Source: an uncultured archaeon
GTDB taxonomy: Archaea > Thermoproteota > Nitrososphaeria > Nitrososphaerales > Gagatemarchaeaceae
DNA: 64,000 bases
Assembly: GCA_963817525.1 (NCBI GenBank)
Contig: CAWFOU010000001.1
Coordinates: 736,001-800,000, forward strand
Reading direction: 5' to 3'
Positions 40,277-50,282 of this stretch are shown here, in pieces. Made by a program: the position numbers and the translations under genes. The notes beneath the pieces are model-generated. The model saw nothing but the letters and a program-made list of their open reading frames with translations, was not told where the DNA came from and ran no database searches. Every line of letters begins with the position of its first letter. Position 1 is the first letter of the stretch.

Positions 40277-40501
40277 GTCCCACCACATCCGGTGGGACAA
40301 ACTAATATGTGTTTAGGCGCTCCTGCTACCCGGCCAGAGCATCCACGACAGCCAGACCCTGGTCAAGGGTCCGATCAACGCCAACCATGAATACCCTCTC
40401 ACCATCTACGGCGCCCTCCCCCAGGAGGATTGATTTCTCCTATACAGTGATGATACAAATCTAGGCACCGAGTTGAAACTCAGCAGCACCTCAGAGGAGT
40501 G

Positions 40502-40551
40502 CAAATTTCCGCCTAATAGCCCCTAAACAGGTGCAGCCCCTGGATGGGCTA
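40502..40551 (+). repeat. Cassette boundary site 2 (class A)
   Basis: CAAATTTCCGCCTAATAGCCCCTAAACAGGTGCAGCCCCTGGATGGGCTA. Confidence 0.92.
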
Positions 40552-40798
40552 CCTATTTTGACCTCTATTGGTCAAAAGAGACAGCGTTGACGCTGTTACT
40601 AGGTAAAATGCCACAGATTCGGGTCATTTCACAACCAGAGCCACGAACTAGACGATTTCATCCTCACCGAGACAATGGATTCGAACCTTACTGAGGGATG
40701 AAGCCATCTCGAATCCGAAGAGGCCCGCCCCTGAACGCGTTTTCAAAGCGGATTCCGGGAAAGCTCTTGCCCACCCTATTCTTCCAAGTTGCAAGACT

Positions 40799-41134
40799 CT
40801 ACTTCGTAACACCTGGGTTCTTGGACATCAGCCATCGCTCGCCCCAGGACTTCATTTCGTATAGGGAATCGCTCAACTCGCGGCCCCTCTCAGTCAAGGA
40901 GTATTGGACTGAGATTGGCGATGTCTCCAAGACCCTCCTCTCGAGGATGTCTTGCTCTGCCAGGTGCTTGAGCGATCGTGAAAGCGTCTTGGAGCTCACG
41001 TTCCCCATCGCACGCCTGAGCTGGTTGTACTTCAAAGGCTCGTCATGAAGGTACCTGATAGCGATCATGTTCCATTGGTTGCCAAGCATCTTCATCGTCG
41101 CCACTGCAGGGCATATTGACGCATCGACGTGCAT
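40799..41134 (-). CDS. HxlR-family regulator
   Basis: Closely similar to 32934-33308. Confidence 0.9.
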   Translation of the reverse strand: MHVDASICPAVATMKMLGNQWNMIAIRYLHDEPLKYNQLRRAMGNVSSKTLSRSLKHLAEQDILERRVLETSPISVQYSLTERGRELSDSLYEMKSWGERWLMSKNPGVTK

Positions 41135-41302
41135 TGTCACCTCAGGTTTGTGTCGTGTTCTCCGTGTCGCCTTCTGTGTGATTTCGTTTAGAACCCTCCC
41201 TTTGTACTGCCTGGAGCCGGGGTCGCCACGCAGTGCCTGCATAACAATACGGTGCGGCTGAGGGGGCCGGCCGCCTTGCGAGCGATGGCTACCCAACCGG
41301 CA

Positions 41303-41935
41303 TCAACGTTCTGGCGCCGCATTTTCACGCCGCGGCAGGAGCATCAAGTCGGCCGCCTCTTCGGCATCCCTGAGAAGCGTCTTGCGCGGCGTGCCTATCA
41401 GCGCACCCATGGTAAGGCCACGAGCAAAATCAACGACCTGGCTTGCGCGGATGGCCACGGGAAAGTCGGACGGGATTTCGCCCGCGCTCATCGCGTCCCG
41501 GAAACGACCTTCCACTAGTCCTACGGCGTGAGCGGCCGCGTTCTGTAGGAACTGCCGGACCTCAGCATCGTTCACGAGCGGCGCGACGCACTCGAGAAGA
41601 CATCCGCGAGCTGATCCCTCCTGGGTCGCGGTTTCTACGGCGTTCCTCATGAAGGCGGCGAGCGAGTCGCGAAGAGTGCGCGGCGAGAGGAGTGCCTTCG
41701 CAGCGAGAGCCCCTTTCGTCTCTGCGTACGCCCTAAGGGCGCGCAAGAACAACGTCCGCTTGTCTCCGAAGACGGAATACAGGCTCGGCCGTCCCACGCC
41801 CATCCCTGCGACGAGGTCGTCGATCGTCACTCCGTCGTAGCCCTTCGACCAGAATACCTGGATCGCCTTTTCCAGCGCGAACCTCTCATCGAAGCTGCGC
41901 GGCCGTCCACGCGGCCTGGCGTCATTTTGCAACAT
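41303..41935 (-). CDS. TetR-family regulator
   Basis: RGRPRSFD, FWSKGY, SLYSVFGDK. Confidence 0.93.
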   Translation of the reverse strand: MLQNDARPRGRPRSFDERFALEKAIQVFWSKGYDGVTIDDLVAGMGVGRPSLYSVFGDKRTLFLRALRAYAETKGALAAKALLSPRTLRDSLAAFMRNAVETATQEGSARGCLLECVAPLVNDAEVRQFLQNAAAHAVGLVEGRFRDAMSAGEIPSDFPVAIRASQVVDFARGLTMGALIGTPRKTLLRDAEEAADLMLLPRRENAAPER

Positions 41936-42208
41936 TTAGTTTAAATCTCCTGGAGAAGGCCATCGCACCGATATAAAAACCGAATAGTTCGTAATTAGCA
42001 AGCTTACCCTGGCCTCGCGGGGCCTCACGACTCGACCTTCACCGTTTACCACGGAGGCGCCCATGGAACATTCGATCGCACTCGTCACCGGTCGGCGCAA
42101 AACGCCGGAAGGCCTACAAGATTGCCGAGTTCGTTGAGGGTGACTCACCGGTGCCGTCAACGCACTTAGCTCATCAGATCAAGTGTCGACGCATTTCGCG
42201 TACTGCTT

Positions 42209-42967
42209 TCAGAGTTGCGACGCACCGCCATCGACCGGAAGTTCGGCACCGGTGGTGAAGGTCGCGTCGAATGCGAGGAAGAGAACGGCCTTCGCAATTT
42301 CCTCCGGCATCCCAAAGCGCTTCATCGGATTAGTAGCGATCGCCTGCTCCCTGACATGGGCGGCCACGCCTTTCTCGGGAAACACTTTGCCGATGATCGG
42401 CGTGTCGATGGGACCGGGCGTTACCGCATTGACGCGAATCTCCCGAGGCAGAAGCTCAGCGGCGAGCACGCGAGCAAATGAGCGCAGCGCGGCCTTGGAC
42501 GCTGCGTAGGTCGCTTGGTTGGGACTTCCCTTGACGTTTGCGATGGAGGTCGTGAGGACGACGGCGCCCCCCCGGTTTATCAGCGGCGCGAACTTCTGCA
42601 CCGCGAAAAACGGTCCTTTGGCGTTCAGATCGAACATCTCGTCGTACATGGCCTCGGTCGTGTTTTCGAGAGGGGCAAAGAGGGCAAATCCGGCGTTGGC
42701 GAAGAGCAGGTCGAAGGTGCCGAACTCGGCCTTCACCCGAGAGGCGAGGGCGTCGATGTCCTTCAACGAGCGCGCGTCGCTGGGAACCACGATGGCGTCC
42801 TTTCCAATCTCTTTCTGCGCCGATTCCAGGCCGGCGTGTGACCGCCCCGTCACCAGAACACGCGCACCCCCATCGAGGAGCATCTTCGCCGTGGCGAGCC
42901 CGCTGCCGCTGGTGCCGCCAGTGATCACGACTTTCTTTCCTTGGTACCGTTCCATGTGAGTTGTCAT
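42209..42967 (-). CDS. Short-chain dehydrogenase/reductase
   Basis: TGGTSGSG, ANAG, YAASK, PGPIDT. Confidence 0.94.
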   Translation of the reverse strand: MTTHMERYQGKKVVITGGTSGSGLATAKMLLDGGARVLVTGRSHAGLESAQKEIGKDAIVVPSDARSLKDIDALASRVKAEFGTFDLLFANAGFALFAPLENTTEAMYDEMFDLNAKGPFFAVQKFAPLINRGGAVVLTTSIANVKGSPNQATYAASKAALRSFARVLAAELLPREIRVNAVTPGPIDTPIIGKVFPEKGVAAHVREQAIATNPMKRFGMPEEIAKAVLFLAFDATFTTGAELPVDGGASQL

Positions 42968-43045
42968 TGCGAGGTTAGGGTTGCTTTGCCTAATAATTAA
43001 CTGTTTAGTATGATAATCTCACGCGGAGGCCGCTGTCAAGGAATG

Positions 43046-43086
43046 TTTGAACTAGTTATTTCCATTTTGGAACTAGTTATTTCAAA
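43046..43086. promoter_or_regulatory. Tandem imperfect palindromes, putative TetR operator
   Basis: GAACTAGTTATTTC occurs twice upstream of the SDR gene. Confidence 0.5.
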
Positions 43087-43135
43087 ATACCTTAGGACCC
43101 CGAGACCTGCCGGGCCCGCCATCGGCCGAAGACTG

Positions 43136-43185
43136 CAAAATTCCACCTAAAAGCCCCTAAACAGGTGCAGCCCCTGGACGGGCTA
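43136..43185 (+). repeat. Cassette boundary site 3 (class A)
   Basis: CAAAATTCCACCTAAAAGCCCCTAAACAGGTGCAGCCCCTGGACGGGCTA. Confidence 0.95.
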
Positions 43186-43289
43186 ACTTATCTCCTCAAT
43201 TCCGCCTCTATTCGCGATTCTGAGCATAAATGAGGCCACGCTATCCCCAAGAGCGCATATTGTTGCCCTGAGATGAAATGCTGGACATA

Positions 43290-43317
43290 GGTTCTTTGCG
43301 CCTCCGCCGGGGCATTT
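43290..43317 (+). repeat. 28-bp direct repeat resembling the tRNA-Glu 3' end (second copy 44138-44165)
   Basis: GGTTC(T/A)TTGCGCCTCCGCCGGGGCATTT. Confidence 0.85.
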
Positions 43318-43356
43318 CGCTCGCACGCGAGCGCTCAGACACAATGGATTTCGTAA

Positions 43357-44031
43357 TTATCCGCAGGTGTTGTAGACAGTGTTGATTTCGCCGAAGATCC
43401 AAGTCTCGTTAGAGATGAGCCAAGCACCCCCGACATCGACATATGAGGCGCCCAACCTTACGCTTTCTGCCCAAGGTTGAGTAAGATTCGCACCGCTAGA
43501 AAAAGCCGTGATGGTAGGACCGGATTCGCTTCCCTGCGCGTTGAACGTAGAATTCACGGTAGTTTCCCCCTTGACATTTGCAAAGACTCCAGGGCTAAAG
43601 TCCGTGAAGTTCATGGTGCCGGAGCGTGTCGAGTTGAACATCACATGATACAAGATGTTGATGTTGTAGATACCTGCGTATGCCCCGCTAAAGCCGTTAG
43701 GACTGCATACGAGATTGAGCGTCGCGTTGCTTTCATATTGGGCAACCAGCGCAGTCACATTTTGTGACTGTTCGCTCTGGAGGTGAGCGGCAAAGGCGCT
43801 CATGACCTCCTGGCTGGAGTTAATCGTCAACGTGGTCGTGCTCACCATGATTGTAGTCTGCGTGTTTGTTTGGTCAACCGTCGTAGTAGTAGTTCTGATT
43901 GAACCTGGACTGACGAGAGAGTAGGCGATTCCCGCGCCGATCAGCAGTCCGACGAACAGCAGGGCGACGGCAGTACGACCGACAGCGCGATGAGCGGTCT
44001 TGCGGGCCATCCGAACGTCGGTCCTGAGCAT
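43357..44031 (-). CDS. Membrane-anchored protein with Thr stalk and possible NTF2-like domain
   Basis: TM segment, TTTTT tract, ...GGAWLISNETW. Confidence 0.7.
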   Translation of the reverse strand: MLRTDVRMARKTAHRAVGRTAVALLFVGLLIGAGIAYSLVSPGSIRTTTTTVDQTNTQTTIMVSTTTLTINSSQEVMSAFAAHLQSEQSQNVTALVAQYESNATLNLVCSPNGFSGAYAGIYNINILYHVMFNSTRSGTMNFTDFSPGVFANVKGETTVNSTFNAQGSESGPTITAFSSGANLTQPWAESVRLGASYVDVGGAWLISNETWIFGEINTVYNTCG

Positions 44032-44200
44032 ATGCCCGGCCCCATTAATACGGTTCGACAGAATGTTCGAGAGGCCCTGCCCGAGCTCCGCTACGCTTTG
44101 TCTAAAATGAAGTTGCAGGGCAATCGCCCATCATAAGGGTTCATTGCGCCTCCGCCGGGGCATTTACCCGTTTTCGCCCTGAACCCGACTATGGCAGCGC

Positions 44201-44250
44201 CAAATTCCCGCGTAAAAGCCCCTAATCAGGTGCAGCCCCTGGACGGGCTA
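44201..44250 (+). repeat. Cassette boundary site 4 (class A)
   Basis: CAAATTCCCGCGTAAAAGCCCCTAATCAGGTGCAGCCCCTGGACGGGCTA. Confidence 0.95.
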
Positions 44251-44477
44251 CCTATTTTAGCCTCTGTTTGCCTTATACGCCATGATTTACACTAATCCCT
44301 CGTAGAAAGCTTCAATTCGACTATATCACGATTCGATTTTCGGGACGACGCGTACCCAGCGCCGTCTTACGTGAGAGCCTACTCTCAATATTCATAAGAT
44401 TTCATAGTGCCGTGATTCTTAAAAATTGTTTCGTGAGCAACATCTCTATCCTTCGCCTTCTCTCTCCTACGACCAGC

Positions 44478-46988
44478 TCATGGCGAGGCAACACTGGCCG
44501 ATGGGGCGGGAGGGCTCTGAGGAAGCTGGACCTTCTTCGTTCCAGTGACTCCGACATCGCGATTCAGCCTCCCGTAGAATGGGACCTTCAAGAAGTCCGT
44601 AACGAGGAAGGATACCAACGTGTAACCCCAGACGAACCCTGCCAGCTTCCATCCCATTGCGGGAAGCAGGATGCCGTAGACCGTGATTATCGTCGCCGTC
44701 AGCTGCGTGAGTACGACCGCGAGGAGCAACACCTTCGCAGGCCTTACCGACCAGAATCGCCCCTTCGTCCTTGCCACAAAGAGCTCGAGGTGCCCGGCCA
44801 CGGAGAGCTTCAAGTATATGAACGACTGGAGGACGAGCGGGTTCAGGTGCAGGACGTCCAGCCCGATGATGAGTATCCCGAAGGACGACGCCGTCCCGAT
44901 GCCTCCCAGGAACGACGAGATTGTCAGGAGCGTGCGCATGTTCCACTTCTCGGGCTTCTTCGAGATCTTGACGTTGTCATAGGCTATCGTCATGATTGGC
45001 ATGTCGTTGAGGAGGGCCAGAAGGACAATCATCAGCGCTGTGACAGGATACAGCTGAAAAACGATGATCGAGAACGAGATGAAGAAGAGGACCCTGAACG
45101 TCTCGCTGATGCGATAGATCGCGTAGTTGGTCATGCGCTGGAATATCTCCCGGCTCGAGGTGACGGCGTCGATGATCACGGAGAGGCCGGGCTTCGTCAG
45201 GACCACGGCCGCGGCTGACTTCGCCGCGTCGGTGGCTCCCGCCACCGCTATCCCACAGTCGGCCTTCTTCAGCGCCGGGGCGTCGTTGACCCCGTCGCCG
45301 GTCATGCTGACGATGTGGCCCTTCTTCTGGAGGAGCTCGACGATCTTGTACTTGTGCTCAGGGAACACCTCGGCGAAGCCGTCGACGCCTTCTATCGCCG
45401 CCTCCGCTTCGCTATCCGACTTGCCGAGGATTGACGACGAGGTGACTATGTTGGTGCCCAGCCCCACCTCTCGGGCCACCTCCTTCGCGATGGCCACGTG
45501 GTCGCCGGTTACCATCTTGACGGTAATGCCCATGGACTGCGCGGTCTTGATCGTCGCGGCGGAGTCCTCCCGCGGCGGGTCGGTGAGCGCGACGAGCCCT
45601 ACGAACTTCCACTCCTCCCCGCCGTCGGTCTTGGCCACGCCGAGGGCCCGGTACCCCTTCTCGGCGAAGCCGACGACGTCTTGATTCACGGGGCCCTCGA
45701 CGCCCTTGTCGTGCACCAGAGCCAGGACGACCTGAGGCGCCCCCTTGGTCACCTGGAACCCGGGGCCGTCCTTGCCTTGGGCGGTCGCCTCTGTCCGCTT
45801 CGAGACGGGGTCGAACGGCTTGAACGATGAGACTTTGTAGCTCGATATCGAGGCGGGAACCCCGTCTAGGATCTTGGCCTTCGCGATGATCGCGTCATCG
45901 ATAGGGTCTTTGTCCTCGGCCCGCGAGGCTAGAGACGCGTACAGCAGGACATCGTTCACGGTGTACTTTTCGAAGGTCTTCATCTCGCCCACGGTAAGCT
46001 CGTTCTTCGTTATCGTGCCCGTCTTGTCCGCGCACAGGATGTCCACGCCGGCCATCTCGTCTATGGCGACCAGCTTGCTGACTATGGCCTCCTTCTTCGC
46101 GAGAGCCGACGCACCTACAGTCATGCAGACCGAGAGCACGGCCGGCATCGCCGCCGGGATTGCTGCGACGATGAGGACCAGCCCGAACTGTAGGATGTCG
46201 AGCGGCGCTTGGTTGCGCAGGAGCCCGACTATCGACGTGGCCGTCACCATCGCTATGGCGAGCGCGATGAGATAGTCGCCGATCTTCACCACCGCCCCTT
46301 GGAAGTGGCTCTTGGTGTGCGCCTCCTCGACCAGCCTCGTAGTCCGCCCGTAGAAGGTCTTCATCCCAGTAGTGACGACGAGCGCGTTCATCTCGCCCTG
46401 CCGGACGATCGAGGAGGAGAACGCGACGTCGCCCGAATGCTTCTCCACTGGCAGGGACTCCCCTGTCAGCGCCGATTCGTCGATCTGGAGGTACGCGCCG
46501 TCGACGAGCTTCGTGTCCGCTGGGACGATGTTGCCGAGTCGCAGGCGGACGATGTCCCCCGGTACGAGTTCCTTTGCGGGCAGGTCGGCCCACTTCCCGT
46601 CCCGCAGCACTTTTGCGGTGAGTGCCAGTCTCTTCTTCAGAAGCTCTATCTCGTTGTTGGCCTTGTTCTCCTGCCAGGACCTCACGATGACGTTCACGAC
46701 CAAGAGGGCGCCGATGATGACGAGGTCGTCCCAGTTCTTCAACACCGCCGAGATGACCGCCGCCGCCTCTATCATCCACGGAATCGGTCCCCAAAAATAG
46801 CGGAGGATAGCGACGATTGGGGCGCGCTTCTTCTCGGTTATCTCGTTCGCTCCGTACTGCTGGAGTCTATTGGCTGCTGCTGAAGCGGAGAGCCCTTTTT
46901 CGCTCGTCGCAAGTCTCTTGAACAGTTCCGCGATCGGAAGATCCTTTTCCTCAGCGGGAGTTACGTCGGTCAAGTCAGCTGCCCGCAC
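44478..46988 (-). CDS. P3A-type plasma-membrane H+-ATPase
   Basis: YFWGPIPWMIEAAA, TGES, IPAAMPAV, DKTGT, KGAP, TGDGVNDAP, LLND. Confidence 0.94.
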   Translation of the reverse strand: MRAADLTDVTPAEEKDLPIAELFKRLATSEKGLSASAAANRLQQYGANEITEKKRAPIVAILRYFWGPIPWMIEAAAVISAVLKNWDDLVIIGALLVVNVIVRSWQENKANNEIELLKKRLALTAKVLRDGKWADLPAKELVPGDIVRLRLGNIVPADTKLVDGAYLQIDESALTGESLPVEKHSGDVAFSSSIVRQGEMNALVVTTGMKTFYGRTTRLVEEAHTKSHFQGAVVKIGDYLIALAIAMVTATSIVGLLRNQAPLDILQFGLVLIVAAIPAAMPAVLSVCMTVGASALAKKEAIVSKLVAIDEMAGVDILCADKTGTITKNELTVGEMKTFEKYTVNDVLLYASLASRAEDKDPIDDAIIAKAKILDGVPASISSYKVSSFKPFDPVSKRTEATAQGKDGPGFQVTKGAPQVVLALVHDKGVEGPVNQDVVGFAEKGYRALGVAKTDGGEEWKFVGLVALTDPPREDSAATIKTAQSMGITVKMVTGDHVAIAKEVAREVGLGTNIVTSSSILGKSDSEAEAAIEGVDGFAEVFPEHKYKIVELLQKKGHIVSMTGDGVNDAPALKKADCGIAVAGATDAAKSAAAVVLTKPGLSVIIDAVTSSREIFQRMTNYAIYRISETFRVLFFISFSIIVFQLYPVTALMIVLLALLNDMPIMTIAYDNVKISKKPEKWNMRTLLTISSFLGGIGTASSFGILIIGLDVLHLNPLVLQSFIYLKLSVAGHLELFVARTKGRFWSVRPAKVLLLAVVLTQLTATIITVYGILLPAMGWKLAGFVWGYTLVSFLVTDFLKVPFYGRLNRDVGVTGTKKVQLPQSPPAPSASVASP

Positions 46989-47721
46989 TGCCCTGCCTAG
47001 CCTTCTTATTGGTGATGACCATTAAAAGGCGCCGATTGCCCGACACCGCGAAAAAAATACGCAATAAGAAAAAGCAGTGCGGGACGGGGTATTGCGATAT
47101 CTTCCGAACAAATTCTATTTGTCTTGTGGCGGGTCTACCTTGACAGGCTTGGGCTTTTGCTCAGGGCTCGCGTCCCGTCTGGCATTGGCCTGAGAGCGGT
47201 CCGCAGTCCCTGACACACCCGGACCGCCAATAAAGCCGCTCTCAAAGGCTTGTGTGGGTTCCTTAGGATCGGAGTTGTCGTCTCGGGTCGTCGGTGCGAC
47301 GGTCGGCTCACCGCCGCCGGATTGCGAGCCAGGTTCGGGCCTCAATCAGGATAGCCGATGTCTGCGACCTTGCCTACCTTGTCTGCTTCCTCGTTCCTGC
47401 TCCAATAAGTCTGCTGCTCCTTCGCGAGGTCCTCGGCGTCCTTCTGCCTCTGCGAGCGTTGTGCCATGGCGTCATCAGCCTGACCCCGGCATAGCTTGCT
47501 ATGTCTTGATTGCTGTGGGATGATGCTCTGAAAGCTCGCCACGGTGTTTTCGCGGCATTCCTACAGAAGAGACAACGTGTCAGAACCGGCCCTCGAGCAA
47601 ATATTGTCATAAGGGCTTTCCTAAGCTAGCGTCCCAAGGGACCTCCACGCAAACTTGCAATCGTTTCAACAAGCTGGGAGAGAATAGAACCACTCCGGGG
47701 TAAACCCGGCCGGGTGGATGT

Positions 47722-47771
47722 CAAAATCGGCTCTAGAAGCCCCTAAACAAGGTCAGCCCCCGGACGGGCTA
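47722..47771 (+). repeat. Cassette boundary site 5 (class A)
   Basis: CAAAATCGGCTCTAGAAGCCCCTAAACAAGGTCAGCCCCCGGACGGGCTA. Confidence 0.88.
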
Positions 47772-47830
47772 TTTCCTGTGTAATGCTGGTATCTCTTTCG
47801 ATATTAGGAAGCATAATGCTCCCTTCGGTC

Positions 47831-48511
47831 ATGGGTCAGAAAGAGAGGAGAACACAGTCATCGCCCATCAAGGGAAAGCTCATCACCGAGACCTTCGACT
47901 TTGACGGTGGTCGGCAGGTAACCGTGTACCTGCCGCCGGTTCAGGCCGAGGCTGTCGTATTCGCGGGTGACGGCCAGTTGATCTCACAGTGGGGGCGGTG
48001 TCCTCGAGGGAGCCGACGTTGGGCCGACAATGATTGTCGGTGTCCACCGGAAGGACGACGAGATGCTGCGGCTCCACGAGTACTCGCCGGTCTTTGACGC
48101 AGAACGGTTCGCGGCACACGAGAAGTTCTTCATCGAAGACGTCCGCCATTGGGTGCGGACGCGTTTCGGAGTCGCGCTGCTCGCCGAACGCACGGCGGTG
48201 CTAGGCGTCTCCGCGAGTGGAGAGCTCGCCCTCGCCATGGGGATTCGACATCCCGATATCTACGGTTCGGTCTTCTGCGCTTCGCCGGGTGGAGGATACC
48301 GACCGCCTGCCGTGATGCCGAATTCACTCCCGCGCGCGTACCTTGTCGCCGGCAAGTTGGAGCCATTCTTCCTCGCGAACGCGACCCGTTGGGCGGTAGC
48401 GTTGCGCGGCGCGGGTGCGGACGTCGTCATGACTGAGCGCGTCGGTTCGCACGGCGGCGCGTTTTGGGGGATGAGTTCCCGCTGATGGTGGCCTGGGCGT
48501 TTGGACGCTGA
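47831..48511 (+). pseudogene. Putative esterase (alpha/beta hydrolase), frameshifted
   Basis: VYLPP...DGQ, GVSASG, HGG spread over frames; shifts at G-runs near 47990 and 48468. Confidence 0.75.
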
Positions 48512-48524
48512 TGGAGTCGTGGGA

Positions 48525-48561
48525 CAAATCGAACCAAAAGCCCCGAATCCTAGACGGGCTA
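48525..48561 (+). repeat. Cassette boundary site 6 (hybrid of class A arm and tRNA T-loop)
   Basis: CAAATCGAACCAAAAGCCCCGAATCCTAGACGGGCTA. Confidence 0.8.
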
Positions 48562-48593
48562 CAGGTTTATGTACTAGCGGGAAAGTAAATGGG

Positions 48594-48845
48594 ATGGGAA
48601 TTCTGATGGGCGAGGCAGTCATAGACGAGCGAGGAAGGATAGTGATTCCGAACGAGATAAGGTCAGAACTCAAACTGAGACCCGAGCAGAAACTCAGGAT
48701 ATCCAGGAAAGGGAAGGATCTGCTGCTTTCGCCGGAGGTAAGTGCGGACGAGTTCATTTCAGAGCTGAGAGGCTGCGTGCACGGCTCGAAGATCAAGCCC
48801 GCCGACCTCAAGAACATCTGGGGTGTCGGCCATGCTCACCATTGA
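48594..48845 (+). CDS. vapB: AbrB-type antitoxin
   Basis: IDERGRIVIP.EIR. Confidence 0.9.
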   Translation: MGILMGEAVIDERGRIVIPNEIRSELKLRPEQKLRISRKGKDLLLSPEVSADEFISELRGCVHGSKIKPADLKNIWGVGHAHH

Positions 48846-49245
48846 CACGAACATCTGGGCCTACTACTTGGACAGTGACTGTTCGGAGCATCGATCGGTC
48901 GTCGGACCGGTGGAGAAGGCCCTCAGGTCAGAGCAGATAGCGATAAACACAATAATCGTGATGGAATTGGCCCACTTTCTCGTCAAGAGCCTTGGAGCTC
49001 CGATAGGCGGAGAGAAGTTGGACGAGTTCCTTCGATTCCCGCTGGTCATCACGGACTTTGATTACCGGCACGCCCTCGGCGCAATAGAGATGCTGAAGAA
49101 GTACTCGCACTTGGGCATCGGGGGCAGGGACGCAACGCTCTTGGCCATGATGGACGGCGCCGGCGAAAAGAGGATAATGACTCACGACGAACCGCTGAAG
49201 AAGGTCGACTGGATCGAATCTATCGACCCAGTCAAACTGGCCTGA
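48832..49245 (+). CDS. vapC: VapC PIN toxin
   Basis: IDTNIW, VME, GRDATL, THD. Confidence 0.9.
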   Translation: MLTIDTNIWAYYLDSDCSEHRSVVGPVEKALRSEQIAINTIIVMELAHFLVKSLGAPIGGEKLDEFLRFPLVITDFDYRHALGAIEMLKKYSHLGIGGRDATLLAMMDGAGEKRIMTHDEPLKKVDWIESIDPVKLA

Positions 49246-49253
49246 GACGGCGC

Positions 49254-49303
49254 CAAATTCCCGCCTGAAAACCCCTAAACAGGTGCAGACCCTGGATGGG
49301 CTA
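49254..49303 (+). repeat. Cassette boundary site 7 (class A)
   Basis: CAAATTCCCGCCTGAAAACCCCTAAACAGGTGCAGACCCTGGATGGGCTA. Confidence 0.92.
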
Positions 49304-49532
49304 CCTATTTTAGCCTCTGTTTGCCTAATCCGCCATGATTTACACTAATCCTTCGTAAAAAGCTTCAATTCCAACTATATCACGATTCGGTTGTTGGGAC
49401 GACACGTACGCAGCGCATTCGGGGGCAGGCCCCGTCGGGCCCGCTGTCATTCCTCAATTTTTACTCTATTTGCGTAGAACGGCCAGATTCTGCCCTGTCA
49501 AGAGCAAAACGTCCAATCATTGACCATATTTT

Positions 49533-50282
49533 TTACTTCCATCGCGTCAGTATCTCTTCCCTGCGGAAGGTAGCCCTCGCTGCGATAAACAGAATCAGGT
49601 CACCCGCGAGCAGTGCCCCCGCGATGAGAAGCAGGCTATTAGTGACGCCGAGGTTGACCAGGTTGATCTCGCCCCCGACGTATATCGCTATGAAGGGGGC
49701 TGCCGCCACTGCGCCGAGCTGCTGCGCGATCCGGACGTCGCTCACTCTCGACGAAACTATCACGTTCCACTCCACGCTCAGCACGACCGCGAGAGGGACC
49801 ATCAGGAACAAGACAATCCAAGAGTTCAAGGTTGGAAAGAAGTAGTAGCCCAGCTTGGGCTCGGTGACCAGATCCATCAGGGCCATGAAGATGACCGACC
49901 CGCTCAGGATCGCGGCCATCGGCGGCAGGAACGCCGAAATCCCTTTGCCGAGCAGGATCTCGCCGTCGGTCACTGGGGCCGCCAGGAGCCGATCGAGGCT
50001 CTTCTCCAGCTTCTCGCCCACTATGCTGTACGACGCAATGTAGGTTGGTATCACGCCAGAGAGCATCAAGAAGAAGAATTGGAACGCGGGCAGAAGTACG
50101 GTCAGTTCCTGCGGTGATGTTCGCTGGCTGGCCGCTCTGAAGTGTTCCAAGTAGTAGATTACTGCAGGGAATAGGATACCTACCATTACGGGTACGAAGA
50201 AAGTGAGGTAGAGTATGTTCTTCTTCCTCAAGAATACCTTGAAGTCCTTCGATGCTATGATCCACGACTTTGCGAGTCTCAT
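49533..50282 (-). CDS. ABC-2 family permease (copy 2)
   Basis: VGEKLEKSL..LL..P..DGEILLGK. Confidence 0.88.
   Translation of the reverse strand: MRLAKSWIIASKDFKVFLRKKNILYLTFFVPVMVGILFPAVIYYLEHFRAASQRTSPQELTVLLPAFQFFFLMLSGVIPTYIASYSIVGEKLEKSLDRLLAAPVTDGEILLGKGISAFLPPMAAILSGSVIFMALMDLVTEPKLGYYFFPTLNSWIVLFLMVPLAVVLSVEWNVIVSSRVSDVRIAQQLGAVAAAPFIAIYVGGEINLVNLGVTNSLLLIAGALLAGDLILFIAARATFRREEILTRWK

Noticed and set aside
47115-47542. Small ORFs upstream of the H+-ATPase
   Set aside because: They are short and low-complexity with no recognisable family, so coding status cannot be supported.
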